Shown here: piece by piece, positions 18,849 through 28,298 of the stretch
How positions within the stretch are numbered: the stretch's first letter is position 1
Layout: every line of letters begins with the position of its first letter
Assembly (NCBI GenBank): GCA_038062015.1
Contig: JBBTXZ010000002.1
Span: forward strand, 1,266-65,265
Origin: Patescibacteria group bacterium
Lineage (GTDB): Bacteria; Patescibacteriota; Minisyncoccia; 2-02-FULL-40-12
Length of the DNA stretch: 64,000 nt
Reading direction: 5' to 3'
Position numbers and translations under genes: made by a program
Notes under the pieces: generated by a model
What the model was told of the DNA's origin: nothing
Seen by the model: only the letters and a program-made list of their open reading frames with translations
Database searches by the model: none

Positions 18849-19557
18849 AATTTTTGCTTATTATTATCGTCCCATGTGAATCAGGAATGGGAATTCCTGA
18901 AAGTTTATTTTCGGTTAGAAACTCATCAACTGCCTTCTTAACTCCTTCCCAGTGATCATTGTTGTAATCATGAACAAAAATATAGCCTCCCTTGCTTAAT
19001 TTTGGATAAAAACTCTTTAATCCTTCCAGTATCGGTTCATATAAATCAACATCAATTCTAACGAAAGAAAAATTGGTATCCGGGACTGAATCTTTATTGA
19101 ACTTTCCCACGTGCAATTGGCACACTTCTGGATATTTCATTTTTAAAAGAATGTCTTCTGGTGAAACTTCGGCAAATTTAAAGTTTCTCTCTATGTTCTG
19201 GGCTAAGTTTTTATTTACATCATGTTCAACGTGTTCTTTAATAAATCCTCCAAAAGTATCAAATAAATGAAGTTTTCTATCTGGGAATGCTTGATTTATT
19301 TTTTCAGCAAAATCGCCTCTATAGACTCCCAGTTCAGCCACATCTCCGTCAATTTTTTTTCTCTTTATTTCATCAACGCATAATTCAAAAGTGGCGAGAA
19401 GAATATAATCAGAATAAAAATTAGAGATTCTTGTTTGGAAATTAAGCGGCCGACTCATATTCACTAATGTCCTTGTGATGATAGCATTATTTTCCCAAAA
19501 CCACCTTACTATCAAACGATATAAAAATCTTTTAACTTTATCTTTTATTCTCTTCAT
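18841..19557 (-). CDS. TylF/MycF-family (macrocin-type) sugar O-methyltransferase
   Basis: DVAELGVYRGDFA...KLHLFDTFGGF and GGYIFVHDYNNDHWEGVKKAVDEF match PF05711 hallmarks. Confidence 0.65.
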   Translation of the reverse strand: MKRIKDKVKRFLYRLIVRWFWENNAIITRTLVNMSRPLNFQTRISNFYSDYILLATFELCVDEIKRKKIDGDVAELGVYRGDFAEKINQAFPDRKLHLFDTFGGFIKEHVEHDVNKNLAQNIERNFKFAEVSPEDILLKMKYPEVCQLHVGKFNKDSVPDTNFSFVRIDVDLYEPILEGLKSFYPKLSKGGYIFVHDYNNDHWEGVKKAVDEFLTENKLSGIPIPDSHGTIIISKNYV

Positions 19558-20468
19558 TCTTGATTTTTTAATCTTCCAAAATTTGAAAAATTTTTAATCT
19601 TATTCCAAATCAGTCGCAAAACGAATTTATATTTCTTCTTATAAATATATAGGAGCAAGACTTGCCAGCGGTTGTATTTATCAGGAAACTTTCGTAAGTA
19701 CTTGGGCAAAACTTGAATTTTTTCTTGGTCAATTTTAACCGAGGTCCATAAAAGCTTATTGCGACCCTCTTTAAGAACGAGTGTTCCATCATAAAGCTGA
19801 AAAATCTGCATTTGAGCCGACATATCTTTATGAATACAATATGGTTTATCGCAATCAATCTTGAAAAGTGGTAAAAATTCGTTTTTTACAAAAAAAGCAT
19901 TTAAGTAAGTAGTGGCAACTAATCTATAGCCTTTCTTTATAGCAAGATTGTAAAGTGCTAATAATGAATTACCGTGATTGATATCTTTATTCTTTTCTTG
20001 AATAAACTCAATATCAAGCGGAATTGAAGGATTAAATTCGATTACAACAACTTTCGGTTCATAAGTTTTAAGAGAATACCAAAGGTGGTAATCATTGCCA
20101 TCAACGTCAATAGAAAGTAAATCAAAATCTCTTAGTATATTTGTATTTTTTAAAATACTATCTAAACTATTTTCCCCTTCAAAATCAATGAATTTATTCA
20201 AACAGTCAACTTTATCTTTCTCTTTATAATTTTCCGACAATTTTTTAAATCTTTTTGGGTCGGCTTCAATTAAAACAGCACTCCATCCATAATTAACAAT
20301 TAAATTTCTGGTATTACTTAAATGTTCACCATCGTAAGCACCAAACTCCACGCACCATTTATCTCCTTTAATAATTTCAAATATTTTTTCTAAAATACCG
20401 TCCTCGCCGTATTGAGAGAAGATTTTTTTTGCGTGAGTGTTAAGCCAATCGTTTTGAATCGTATCCAT
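19554..20468 (-). CDS. FkbM-family methyltransferase-like protein
   Basis: N-terminal FSQYGEDGILEKIF and CVEFGAYDGEHLSN resemble FkbM-domain proteins found in glycan clusters. Confidence 0.4.
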   Translation of the reverse strand: MDTIQNDWLNTHAKKIFSQYGEDGILEKIFEIIKGDKWCVEFGAYDGEHLSNTRNLIVNYGWSAVLIEADPKRFKKLSENYKEKDKVDCLNKFIDFEGENSLDSILKNTNILRDFDLLSIDVDGNDYHLWYSLKTYEPKVVVIEFNPSIPLDIEFIQEKNKDINHGNSLLALYNLAIKKGYRLVATTYLNAFFVKNEFLPLFKIDCDKPYCIHKDMSAQMQIFQLYDGTLVLKEGRNKLLWTSVKIDQEKIQVLPKYLRKFPDKYNRWQVLLLYIYKKKYKFVLRLIWNKIKNFSNFGRLKNQE

Positions 20469-20598
20469 ATCTTTACTTCCCTCTTATTCTGTCTCTGATT
20501 TTTCTCACCTAATTATTCTACCTGATCCGGCACGATAATCAAATCTGCCTTGATATTTTCCTTATAACTATGTCTTTTAAAAATCTATAAAATGAGCT

Positions 20599-21792
20599 AT
20601 GATAGTGCGTGCGATGCTTTCAGCAAAAGAAATCAAACGCCTAATTCTAAAAAAGAAAGGGATTATTACGGCTTCAAGCGCCCGGGTTTTTCGCCAGTCG
20701 TATTTCGGCAATGACATCATCGCGCCAAATAGCGACCCGACTCCGGATAAAACCGACTGGCGCGGATACGCGCCGGTCGAACTCTGGATTATGTCTATAG
20801 TCGAAGCTGATAATCAAGTCCGGATGCCCGGCGAAGGAATAACAAAGGTATTAATCGACAGTGAGAAAATTCCCTTAACGCAAATCAAAGACCTTTTAGG
20901 CGAATTTGTTTTCGGTTCATATATAAACCATTGGCCGCTTACGAAAATTCTTGATATCGGCGGCCGAACTACAAGGACAAGTTTCGGCACAAAAGAAATT
21001 CCGCCGATCCCGGCACATGTTCACGGCGGAAAAATTTCAAAAGGAAAAGTCCTTAAGCCCGGAAAATCAGAAGCCTACTTTTTCCCGCCAACTAATTTAG
21101 AGCCTTATAACAAAAAAATTTCTGCCAAGACAAGAATCGGATTAAAACCAAAGGTAAAAAAAGAAGATATCCGAAAAAAACTTAAAGAATTCGGCAAGAA
21201 TGATTTAATGTACACATTGCTTAACGAATTTAAAATAAGACCGATGACCGGCTGGACCGTTCCCCAAGGAATCATCCACGCTCCGGGCCCCTACCTTACC
21301 TTTGAAATCCAGCTTCCTCAAGATGACTATAACTTGGCTTCGTGGAGACTAGGAGAACGTCTTGAAGAACAGGAAAGAAACCGCCGTTATGGGGAACTCG
21401 TCTTAAGGGGTCTAAAAAATGAAGGCGTCTTTGTGGAGTTGCTTCTTGACTGGCCCGCAAATACGGATAAAGATTTTGAGAAAAAATATTTCCGCGAACC
21501 GAAAGTAATCGAGTCGGGTTCATGGGGCAGAAGATTGCAGATATTCTTTGACCAGTTTTACGGCGAGGGATGGGAACTGTTTCCCGGACAAACCAAAACT
21601 TTACCGGTGAAAAACGTGCCCGTTGCCGGAGTTGTCTGGAGTGGCCAAGCGGCCATTAACGACAGCCGCCTCGAGCAAGGCGGCCAAAATGAATTTCTCG
21701 CCATTCCAGATACAAAAATCACCGTAACTAACCCGGGTATCCTACCTCTTTTCATTTACACCGTCGAACCGATTAAAAACCAGACTTCCTGA
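20599..21792 (+). CDS. cupin-fold protein resembling type I mannose-6-phosphate isomerase (tentative)
   Basis: 397 aa (E. coli ManA is 391 aa); YAPVELWIMS vs PMI ELWMGAHP; IPAHVHGG vs QVHP metal-ligand block; GIIHAPGPYLTFE vs ETPHAYLQG. Confidence 0.35.
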   Translation: MIVRAMLSAKEIKRLILKKKGIITASSARVFRQSYFGNDIIAPNSDPTPDKTDWRGYAPVELWIMSIVEADNQVRMPGEGITKVLIDSEKIPLTQIKDLLGEFVFGSYINHWPLTKILDIGGRTTRTSFGTKEIPPIPAHVHGGKISKGKVLKPGKSEAYFFPPTNLEPYNKKISAKTRIGLKPKVKKEDIRKKLKEFGKNDLMYTLLNEFKIRPMTGWTVPQGIIHAPGPYLTFEIQLPQDDYNLASWRLGERLEEQERNRRYGELVLRGLKNEGVFVELLLDWPANTDKDFEKKYFREPKVIESGSWGRRLQIFFDQFYGEGWELFPGQTKTLPVKNVPVAGVVWSGQAAINDSRLEQGGQNEFLAIPDTKITVTNPGILPLFIYTVEPIKNQTS

Positions 21793-21859
21793 TCCATCAT
21801 TCTGCTCTCTGTATTGAATTTGACTATAATTTAAATCTGATTTAAAATTTTATCTCGCA

Positions 21860-22621
21860 ATGAAATCAAAGAGATATAAATCAATACTCTTAGACGTAGA
21901 CGGAACCATTGTCCCAATTGGGCCCCATACCGTTCCCTCCAAAAAGGTAGTGCGTTATTTAAATAAGGCAAAAAGTAAAGTGATCGTTTCGCTTGTTTCG
22001 GGACGTCCCGTCAGCTGGCTCACTGATATTTTCCGACTGTTGAACATAACAAATCCCTGCATAGTCAACGGTGGCAGCCAGATTATTGATCCGAAAACTC
22101 AAAAGGTCCTCTGGGAAAAAAAGATTGACAAAAAATCTTTGGCTAAGATCCTAAAAATCATCCAAAACAACAAATTATCTTTTCTTGTGAATGACGGCGG
22201 GGTGGAATACAGAAATCCGAAAATTCTTAAATTCAGCCGGCCGATTGCAATTCAGGTATCATATTTAAACTCCGGAAAAATCTCCAAGTATTTAGAAAAA
22301 TTTAATAAAATTCCAAATATAACGGCACACTCTTTCCCCTCATGGGGAAAGAACAAAGTTGACATCTATATTACTCACGAAAAAGCCACCAAGCGCTCCG
22401 CGGTAGAAAAACTAGCGGCACTCTTAAAAATAGATATTTCCGACATGATTGCTGTTGGGGATGGGGAGAACGATGTCCCGCTCCTCATCGGGTGCGGCCT
22501 AAAAATTGCGATGGGAAATGCCGCAGAAAAACTTAAAAAAATAGCGGATTACGTCGCCCCATCTATCGATAATCACGGCGTGGCTCATATAATAGAAAAA
22601 TTCATCCTGCATCCGAACTAA
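21860..22621 (+). CDS. HAD-IIB (Cof-type) sugar-phosphate phosphatase
   Basis: LLDVDGTIV motif I; AVGDGENDVPLL motif IV; 253 aa. Confidence 0.7.
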   Translation: MKSKRYKSILLDVDGTIVPIGPHTVPSKKVVRYLNKAKSKVIVSLVSGRPVSWLTDIFRLLNITNPCIVNGGSQIIDPKTQKVLWEKKIDKKSLAKILKIIQNNKLSFLVNDGGVEYRNPKILKFSRPIAIQVSYLNSGKISKYLEKFNKIPNITAHSFPSWGKNKVDIYITHEKATKRSAVEKLAALLKIDISDMIAVGDGENDVPLLIGCGLKIAMGNAAEKLKKIADYVAPSIDNHGVAHIIEKFILHPN

Positions 22622-22647
22622 AACACGATATGCCTATCGCCTAATAG

Positions 22648-23235
22648 TTATTCAGATTCGTCAAACACAAAACGCACAGCTTCTCTAATCATATTTTCAA
22701 CACTGCTCTGCGGTATTCGTATAAGGCAGGACTCGGCAATGTTTTTATAATAATCATCGATGCGGCCGGCGCTTCTTAAAAAACTGGCCCGGATCGCCGG
22801 ATCCGACCAATTCTTCATGTCCGAATAGTCGTCAGGCAACATAAATTCCGAGCGGCGCTTGGCTTCTTCAAGATCGGGTGATTCAAGAACTATGAATTTA
22901 AGAGAAAACCCGAAACGCCGTGAAAGCTCTTTTATATACTCGTACGTTTCTACAAAATCGTGATCCATAACGACAACCGGAATTCCTCCGGAATCCAATA
23001 CTGCGGGCGCCATAACCTTGCACATGGCCCGGGCAACCCAGTGCCGATAACCAAGGCTCTCGGCTGAATCCGGCTTACCAGTATTCTCGCCGAAAATCTT
23101 CATTCTGATTTCATCCATATCAACCAGCGCCGGCTTTAGGCCTTTTAAACGAAGCGCCTCAATAATACCTTTTGCAACCGTTGTTTTGCCCGCGCGTTTT
23201 GCACCGTCTATATGAATCTGCAGTCGCTGTTTCAT
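22648..23235 (-). CDS. P-loop kinase (NK-superfamily small-molecule kinase, AAA_33/gluconokinase-like)
   Basis: IHIDGAKRAGKTTVAKGI Walker A; start moved to the internal Met (MKQRLQIHIDG) to avoid a 29-bp overlap with the upstream gene. Confidence 0.45.
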   Translation of the reverse strand: MKQRLQIHIDGAKRAGKTTVAKGIIEALRLKGLKPALVDMDEIRMKIFGENTGKPDSAESLGYRHWVARAMCKVMAPAVLDSGGIPVVVMDHDFVETYEYIKELSRRFGFSLKFIVLESPDLEEAKRRSEFMLPDDYSDMKNWSDPAIRASFLRSAGRIDDYYKNIAESCLIRIPQSSVENMIREAVRFVFDESE

Positions 23236-23236
23236 T

Positions 23237-23911
23237 TTATAGTTTATAGCCTGCTTCCTTGCCATCGTTATAAAACATTTTAACCGTCTCCAAAGATAAT
23301 TCCTTTAAATCCATGCCTTTAAATTTTTCGTATTTGGCTATCAGTTCAGAAGTACAGGTAATTATATCTGCTCCGGCTTCTTCGGCCTGATAAATATTTA
23401 AAACTTCGCGGGGCGATGCCCAAAGTATTTGAGCCAGCCCGCCGATTAAACTTTTAGATTTTGAAACATATTCACCGGGTTCTCTCCCTGTATCAGCAAT
23501 CCTTCCGGCAAAAATTGATATTATGCTTTTAGAGTTAATCACGGGTTTTAAATTTTCAACTTGGTCTAATTCCGTAACTGCCGTAATATTTAATTTTAAA
23601 TCAGAGAGTTTCTTTATTAATCCAACAGAGTACTCCCCTTTTGTGTTTGTAATCGGTACCTTCACATACACGTTTTCACCCCAGCCTGAAATTAATCTAG
23701 CTTGTCTTTCCATTTGATCAAAGTCATCAGCAAAAACCTCAAATGACACCGGCTTATCTCTAACTTCGGCAAGAACTTCTTTACAGAACTTTTCATAATC
23801 AACGACTCCGGCCTTCCTCATCAGAGTCGGATTTGTCGTAAAACCCTGTACTTTATCCTTATATTCCCTTATGGCATTTAAATCGCTTGAGTCCAGAAAT
23901 ATTTTAATCAT
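23237..23911 (-). CDS. transaldolase-family aldolase (TalC/fructose-6-phosphate aldolase-like, ~220-aa subfamily)
   Basis: MIKIFLDSSDLNAIREY...GFTTNPTLM matches the MKIFLDTA...GVTTNPTL signature; 224 aa. Confidence 0.75.
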   Translation of the reverse strand: MIKIFLDSSDLNAIREYKDKVQGFTTNPTLMRKAGVVDYEKFCKEVLAEVRDKPVSFEVFADDFDQMERQARLISGWGENVYVKVPITNTKGEYSVGLIKKLSDLKLNITAVTELDQVENLKPVINSKSIISIFAGRIADTGREPGEYVSKSKSLIGGLAQILWASPREVLNIYQAEEAGADIITCTSELIAKYEKFKGMDLKELSLETVKMFYNDGKEAGYKL

Positions 23912-23927
23912 ATTAGTAAATATTCTA

Positions 23928-24431
23928 TTAAACCTTCCGGGCGCCTAAAATCAAATCACACACTTCCCGCAAGGCATGATCGCCGCCTTGGCGCTTGGTT
24001 GCATAATCAGCAATTTTCAGACATTCGGAGGCGCCATCTTTAACCGTAAAAGCAACGCCGGCATATTTTAGACAATCCAAATCATTCAAGTCATCGCCCA
24101 TATAAGCGACTTCTTCTATGTTCATTCTTTCCCGTTTAATAAGGCTCTTAAATGAAGATAACTTATCATCCGGACTGTAAAGCATCTCTATTTTCAGCTT
24201 TTCACATCTTTTAGCGACGACGGGGCTTGATTCCATGGAAATAACCACAAATTTTATACCTTCTTTTTTGAGTAGATTCATGCCTAAACTGTCACGGCGG
24301 CTGCAAACAACCGTTTCGATTCCATCCTGATTCAAATAAACTTTAGCGTCGGTAAAAACCCCGTCAAAGTCCAAAGCAAATAGTTTTATTTTCTTAAGTT
24401 TACGATTTAAATCCGCACTTATTTTTTTCAT
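23928..24431 (-). CDS. KdsC-family HAD phosphatase (ulosonate-phosphate phosphatase; Kdo-8-P or KDN/Neu5Ac-9-P type)
   Basis: ALDFDGVFTDAKVY, VISMESSPVVAKR and EVAYMGDDLNDLDCL match the YrbI/KdsC subfamily. Confidence 0.75.
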   Translation of the reverse strand: MKKISADLNRKLKKIKLFALDFDGVFTDAKVYLNQDGIETVVCSRRDSLGMNLLKKEGIKFVVISMESSPVVAKRCEKLKIEMLYSPDDKLSSFKSLIKRERMNIEEVAYMGDDLNDLDCLKYAGVAFTVKDGASECLKIADYATKRQGGDHALREVCDLILGARKV

Positions 24432-24541
24432 AGGTTTATGCCTTTATTTTATCTTAAGTTGAATATCTTAATCATAGAAATCTAATTTTAACAAAATTCC
24501 CGGTTTTGTAAATATTCGCCAATTCTGATATTGTTTGTTAA

Positions 24542-24820
24542 ATGACCATTTTAAAAATATTTGACTATCTAACCATCGCCAGTTTAGCTTTTTTAAGTTA
24601 CGGGGTTTTATCGCAATGGCATTATATTTTTAAAAGCAAGTCGATTCGCGATATTGTTGTCCAAGATGTTTTAATCAGGTGGATTGCCACTTTAGTTTTG
24701 TTAATCAAAATAGTATTTGTTGGCGACCTTTATTTAATAATCGGACAGTCAATTTTTTCATTAGCTATTTCGACATACGCATTAACTTTATTATATATAA
24801 AGTCAAGGTATAAACAATGA
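24542..24820 (+). CDS. small membrane protein (3 TM), 4-bp overlap with the cytidylyltransferase gene
   Basis: 92 aa, hydrophobic segments; translationally coupled (ATGA) to the downstream gene. Confidence 0.35.
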   Translation: MTILKIFDYLTIASLAFLSYGVLSQWHYIFKSKSIRDIVVQDVLIRWIATLVLLIKIVFVGDLYLIIGQSIFSLAISTYALTLLYIKSRYKQ

Positions 24821-25557
24821 AAATTGTAGCTGTAATTCCGGCTCGGGGCGGGTCAAAAAGAATTCCCCGGAAAAATATAAAAAACTTCTGCGGCAAGCCG
24901 TTAATTGCCTGGACGATTTTAGGGGCGCTTAAAAGTAAATACCTGGATCGGGTGATTGTTTCAACCGACGATGAAGAAATTGCCAAAATCGCCAAAAAAT
25001 ACGGCGCCGAAGCGCCGTTTTTGCGGCCGGCAGAACTGGCAATCCCGACTATCGGCCTTGAACCAGTGCTTAAACACTCTTATGAATGGCTTTTAGAAAA
25101 CGAGAATTATAAAGCTGACGCGCTGGCGCTTTTGCTGCCGACAGCCCCCTTAAGACAAACACGTCATATTGACGATGCAATTGAAATTTTTAAAAAGAAA
25201 AAATCTGATTCAGTGGTGGCAATCAATGAAACGCCGGCCAGCCACTCGCCTTATTGGACTTTGGTTATAAATAAAAAAGGCAAAGTAACTTTATGGAACG
25301 GCTCTGGTTTAGAAAACAGAATAACCCGCAGTCAGGATTTTCCCCAAAAGTGCTATTCCTGGAACGATTTGGCATATGTTTTTAAGCCAAAAAACTTGTT
25401 TAAAAAAGTGCCTAATCTTTATGGCGACAATGTGGAACCATATATAATCCCTGATCCTTCCAGATACGAAGCTGATATAAATACTCCGGACGACTGGGAA
25501 GCCGCCGAAATAAAATTCAAAATACTCCAGAGAAAAAACTTTCTTAAAAACCGCTAA
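24817..25557 (+). CDS. CMP-ulosonate (acylneuraminate/KDN) cytidylyltransferase, NeuA family
   Basis: MKIVAVIPARGGSKRIPRKNIKNFCGKPLIAWTI...RVIVSTDDEEIAKIAKKYGAEAPFLRP is the NeuA/CMP-NeuAc synthetase N-terminal signature. Confidence 0.8.
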   Translation: MKIVAVIPARGGSKRIPRKNIKNFCGKPLIAWTILGALKSKYLDRVIVSTDDEEIAKIAKKYGAEAPFLRPAELAIPTIGLEPVLKHSYEWLLENENYKADALALLLPTAPLRQTRHIDDAIEIFKKKKSDSVVAINETPASHSPYWTLVINKKGKVTLWNGSGLENRITRSQDFPQKCYSWNDLAYVFKPKNLFKKVPNLYGDNVEPYIIPDPSRYEADINTPDDWEAAEIKFKILQRKNFLKNR

Positions 25558-26338
25558 CTGACCAGCCGCCGTCAACTGTAATATCCGACCCCGTCACATA
25601 ACTTGAAGCGCCTGATGCCAAAAAAACTGCGGCGCCGACAAGCTCTTTTGGTTCGCCGTATCTTTTAATCATGGCCCGTTCAAGCCTCGCAGCGCGAGCT
25701 TCAGGATCAGCATAACTTTTTGCAGTCATGGCTGTATGCATATAGCCGGGGCTAATGCTGTTTACCCTGATTCCATACTTTGCCCAATCTTTAGCCAAAG
25801 CCCTCGTCAAAGAAGCTAAGCCGCCTTTAGCCGCAACGTAAGCCGGATTATTAGAATATCCAAATTTACTGCTTATGCTTGCTATATTGATAATGCTGCC
25901 CTCTTTCTTTGATTTTATCATTTCTCTGGCAACCAGCTGGCTTAGTTGAAAATGAGCAGTTAAGTTGACGGCTATTGTTTTTTCCCATTGATCTATCGGA
26001 TATTCTTCAGATGGGTACCCCACTGTTATGCCGGCGTTATTGACTAAAGTATCAATTGTTCGGCCGGATTTTTTAATTTTTGAAATAATCCTTTCTAAAT
26101 CTTCTTTTTTGCTGATATCGGCATTTATAAAAACTGCTTGGCTTTGCTTTTTAAAAAGTTCTGGTTCTTCCGGATTGATAATATCCACAAAGTAAACAAA
26201 AGCTCCGGCGGCAAGAAAGCCGTTAGCAATTGCTTGACCATTTCCTCTTGCCGCGCCGGTAACTATCGCCGTTTTACCTTCCAAAGAAAAAATGCCGTCT
26301 AAGAATTGGCTGTTTTTTTGCTTACTTTTTTTATTCAT
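25544..26338 (-). CDS. SDR-family oxidoreductase
   Basis: TGAARGNGQAIA Rossmann motif, NNAG, and a YxxxK catalytic dyad region. Confidence 0.8.
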   Translation of the reverse strand: MNKKSKQKNSQFLDGIFSLEGKTAIVTGAARGNGQAIANGFLAAGAFVYFVDIINPEEPELFKKQSQAVFINADISKKEDLERIISKIKKSGRTIDTLVNNAGITVGYPSEEYPIDQWEKTIAVNLTAHFQLSQLVAREMIKSKKEGSIINIASISSKFGYSNNPAYVAAKGGLASLTRALAKDWAKYGIRVNSISPGYMHTAMTAKSYADPEARAARLERAMIKRYGEPKELVGAAVFLASGASSYVTGSDITVDGGWSVSGF

Positions 26339-26542
26339 AACTTAAGAGTCTACCTCTTTTTGTTCTATTTATCAAATCTCCGGAAAAATACTCCAACTGC
26401 TTCCATGCGGATCCGAGGCAGAAGATTGTAGATGGTGTACATTCTCATATTTTAACAAAGGGGTGGTTCCAAGGTATTGAACCATAACATAATTTAGACA
26501 TTTATTATATTTATTTTATAAAAAAACAATAAAATCACAAAA

Positions 26543-27250
26543 CTACTTATCAACACTGATTTCAACAAAAATCCCTTGGCCAAACAAAGACGGCCAGAGA
26601 CGGTTCAAAATCGGCATACCTTCATAAAGATGAATTTTGAAATTCTTATAACTCTGGTTTTTTAGCCACCAAGCCATATCGCGAACTGTCCAAAACCTTA
26701 AATGTTCTGATGGCCGCACCCGCCATTGAAGCGGAAATCGGCCAAAAAGTAACCTAAACCGATGCACAAAAAATCCGGTATTAGGTACGGAAAAAAACAC
26801 TCCTTTTTTCGAATTTTTAAAAGCCCACTTTAAAATTTCTTCCGAATTAGACAAATGCTCAATTACCTCAAAAAGAAAAACATAATCCGCTTGGGGAAGT
26901 CTGTTTAACTCTTCAACTTTTGAAATATCTAAATTAAGTATCTCAATTCCCTTCTCTTTAGCTAAAGCCAAAACCTCTTTTGAAAAATCCACACCAATCA
27001 TCCTGCCTAGCTTTTTTCTTTGATTAATATAAAAAAGAATTCCGCCGTCGCCGCAGCCGACATCAATCACTGAACTTCCCGATTCAATCGCCTTAACTAC
27101 AAAATCAGCTCTCTTTTTTTGAAAGCTATTTAGCGGTTTCTGGGATGCTGACTTTCTTTCTTTCCAATAAAGAGTATAGTCCGGGTCGTTGTCTTTCAAC
27201 GCCGGGTAAATAAATAATTCCTTAAGCCACTTTTTCAAAGTATAGAGCAT
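26543..27250 (-). CDS. class I SAM-dependent methyltransferase
   Basis: VIDVGCGDGGILFYIN motif I. Confidence 0.7.
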   Translation of the reverse strand: MLYTLKKWLKELFIYPALKDNDPDYTLYWKERKSASQKPLNSFQKKRADFVVKAIESGSSVIDVGCGDGGILFYINQRKKLGRMIGVDFSKEVLALAKEKGIEILNLDISKVEELNRLPQADYVFLFEVIEHLSNSEEILKWAFKNSKKGVFFSVPNTGFFVHRFRLLFGRFPLQWRVRPSEHLRFWTVRDMAWWLKNQSYKNFKIHLYEGMPILNRLWPSLFGQGIFVEISVDK

Positions 27251-28272
27251 TAAAAATCCTGGGTTTTTCGAAGCATCTTGATAATCGGAATTTCGGCTTC
27301 CAAAACGGTTTTTACGCCGGTGCCGGTTGCCGCGCTCATCGCTCTCACGGCTTTGACAAGTTCGACAAATTCCTGGGGCTCCAGACTGGCGGCTTGATCG
27401 CCGCCGAACATTTTTTTATCCAAAGTGATATGACGCTCAATCAGTCGGGCGCCGATGGTTGCCGCGGCAACAGAAGCAACAATCCCCTTCTCATGGCCGC
27501 TGTATCCTACTTGTACCGCTGGAAAAAATTTCCTGAATTTAATAATTGTTCTCAAATTCAGGTCCTTTTCTTCGGCCGGATAAGTAGAGACGGTATGAAG
27601 CAGGATTAAATTTCTGGTTCCCAAAATACTAAGCGCCTTTCTGACTTGTTCCATCGTACTCATACCGGTTGAAAGAATCACCGGCCTGCCGGTTTGCTTA
27701 ACTTTTCTTAAAAGCCCGGCATTAGTCAACATCGCCGAAGCGATTTTATGGCAGGGCGGATCAAGTTTTTCGAGAAAATCAAGGCTTTCTTCATCCCATG
27801 GAGAAGCAAAACACAAAAGCCCTTTCTGATTCGCGTAAGAAAACAATTCTCTGTATTCGGCTTCATTAAATTCACGGGCGTATTTTAGATCTCCGTCGGT
27901 AGAATCTTGAAAATCGGATTTGATTAATCGTTCAACCGATTCTTTCGGAAGAGCCTCTCGTTTAATCGCATTTTCCAAAAGATCTCTGGGCACGGCCCGA
28001 GGTTTAGCCAATTCTTCAGCCGAATAAACCATCGGAATAGTTCTTTTTTGAAATTTGACGGCTTGGGCGCCGGCCTCAGACGCTATATCAATCAGTTTTT
28101 TTGCAATCTCCATACCGCCGTTATGGTTAACCCCGATTTCAGCTACAAAAAAAACCGGCTGTGTTCTAGAAACCGGAATTTTACCTAAATAAACATCAGG
28201 CGGTTCTGATGGAATTTTCTTAACAATCCTTACAAATTTAGTGACAGCTCGATTGACCAAATTCGTAAACAT
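27250..28272 (-). CDS. NeuB-family PEP-dependent nonulosonic acid (phosphate) synthase
   Basis: PVFFVAEIGVNHNGGMEIAKKLIDIASEAGAQAVKFQKRT matches the NeuB/NANS N-terminal signature; 340 aa. Confidence 0.8.
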   Translation of the reverse strand: MFTNLVNRAVTKFVRIVKKIPSEPPDVYLGKIPVSRTQPVFFVAEIGVNHNGGMEIAKKLIDIASEAGAQAVKFQKRTIPMVYSAEELAKPRAVPRDLLENAIKREALPKESVERLIKSDFQDSTDGDLKYAREFNEAEYRELFSYANQKGLLCFASPWDEESLDFLEKLDPPCHKIASAMLTNAGLLRKVKQTGRPVILSTGMSTMEQVRKALSILGTRNLILLHTVSTYPAEEKDLNLRTIIKFRKFFPAVQVGYSGHEKGIVASVAAATIGARLIERHITLDKKMFGGDQAASLEPQEFVELVKAVRAMSAATGTGVKTVLEAEIPIIKMLRKTQDF

Positions 28273-28298
28273 AATAGCATTATAATCTTATTGCTTAA

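Noticed and set aside
26339-26542. 204-bp spacer between SDR and methyltransferase genes with a ggttccaaggtattgaacc hairpin, considered as a regulatory RNA
   Set aside because: Single short hairpin followed by a weak T-run on the minus strand; most simply a terminator for the upstream methyltransferase gene. Nothing further to support a riboswitch or sRNA
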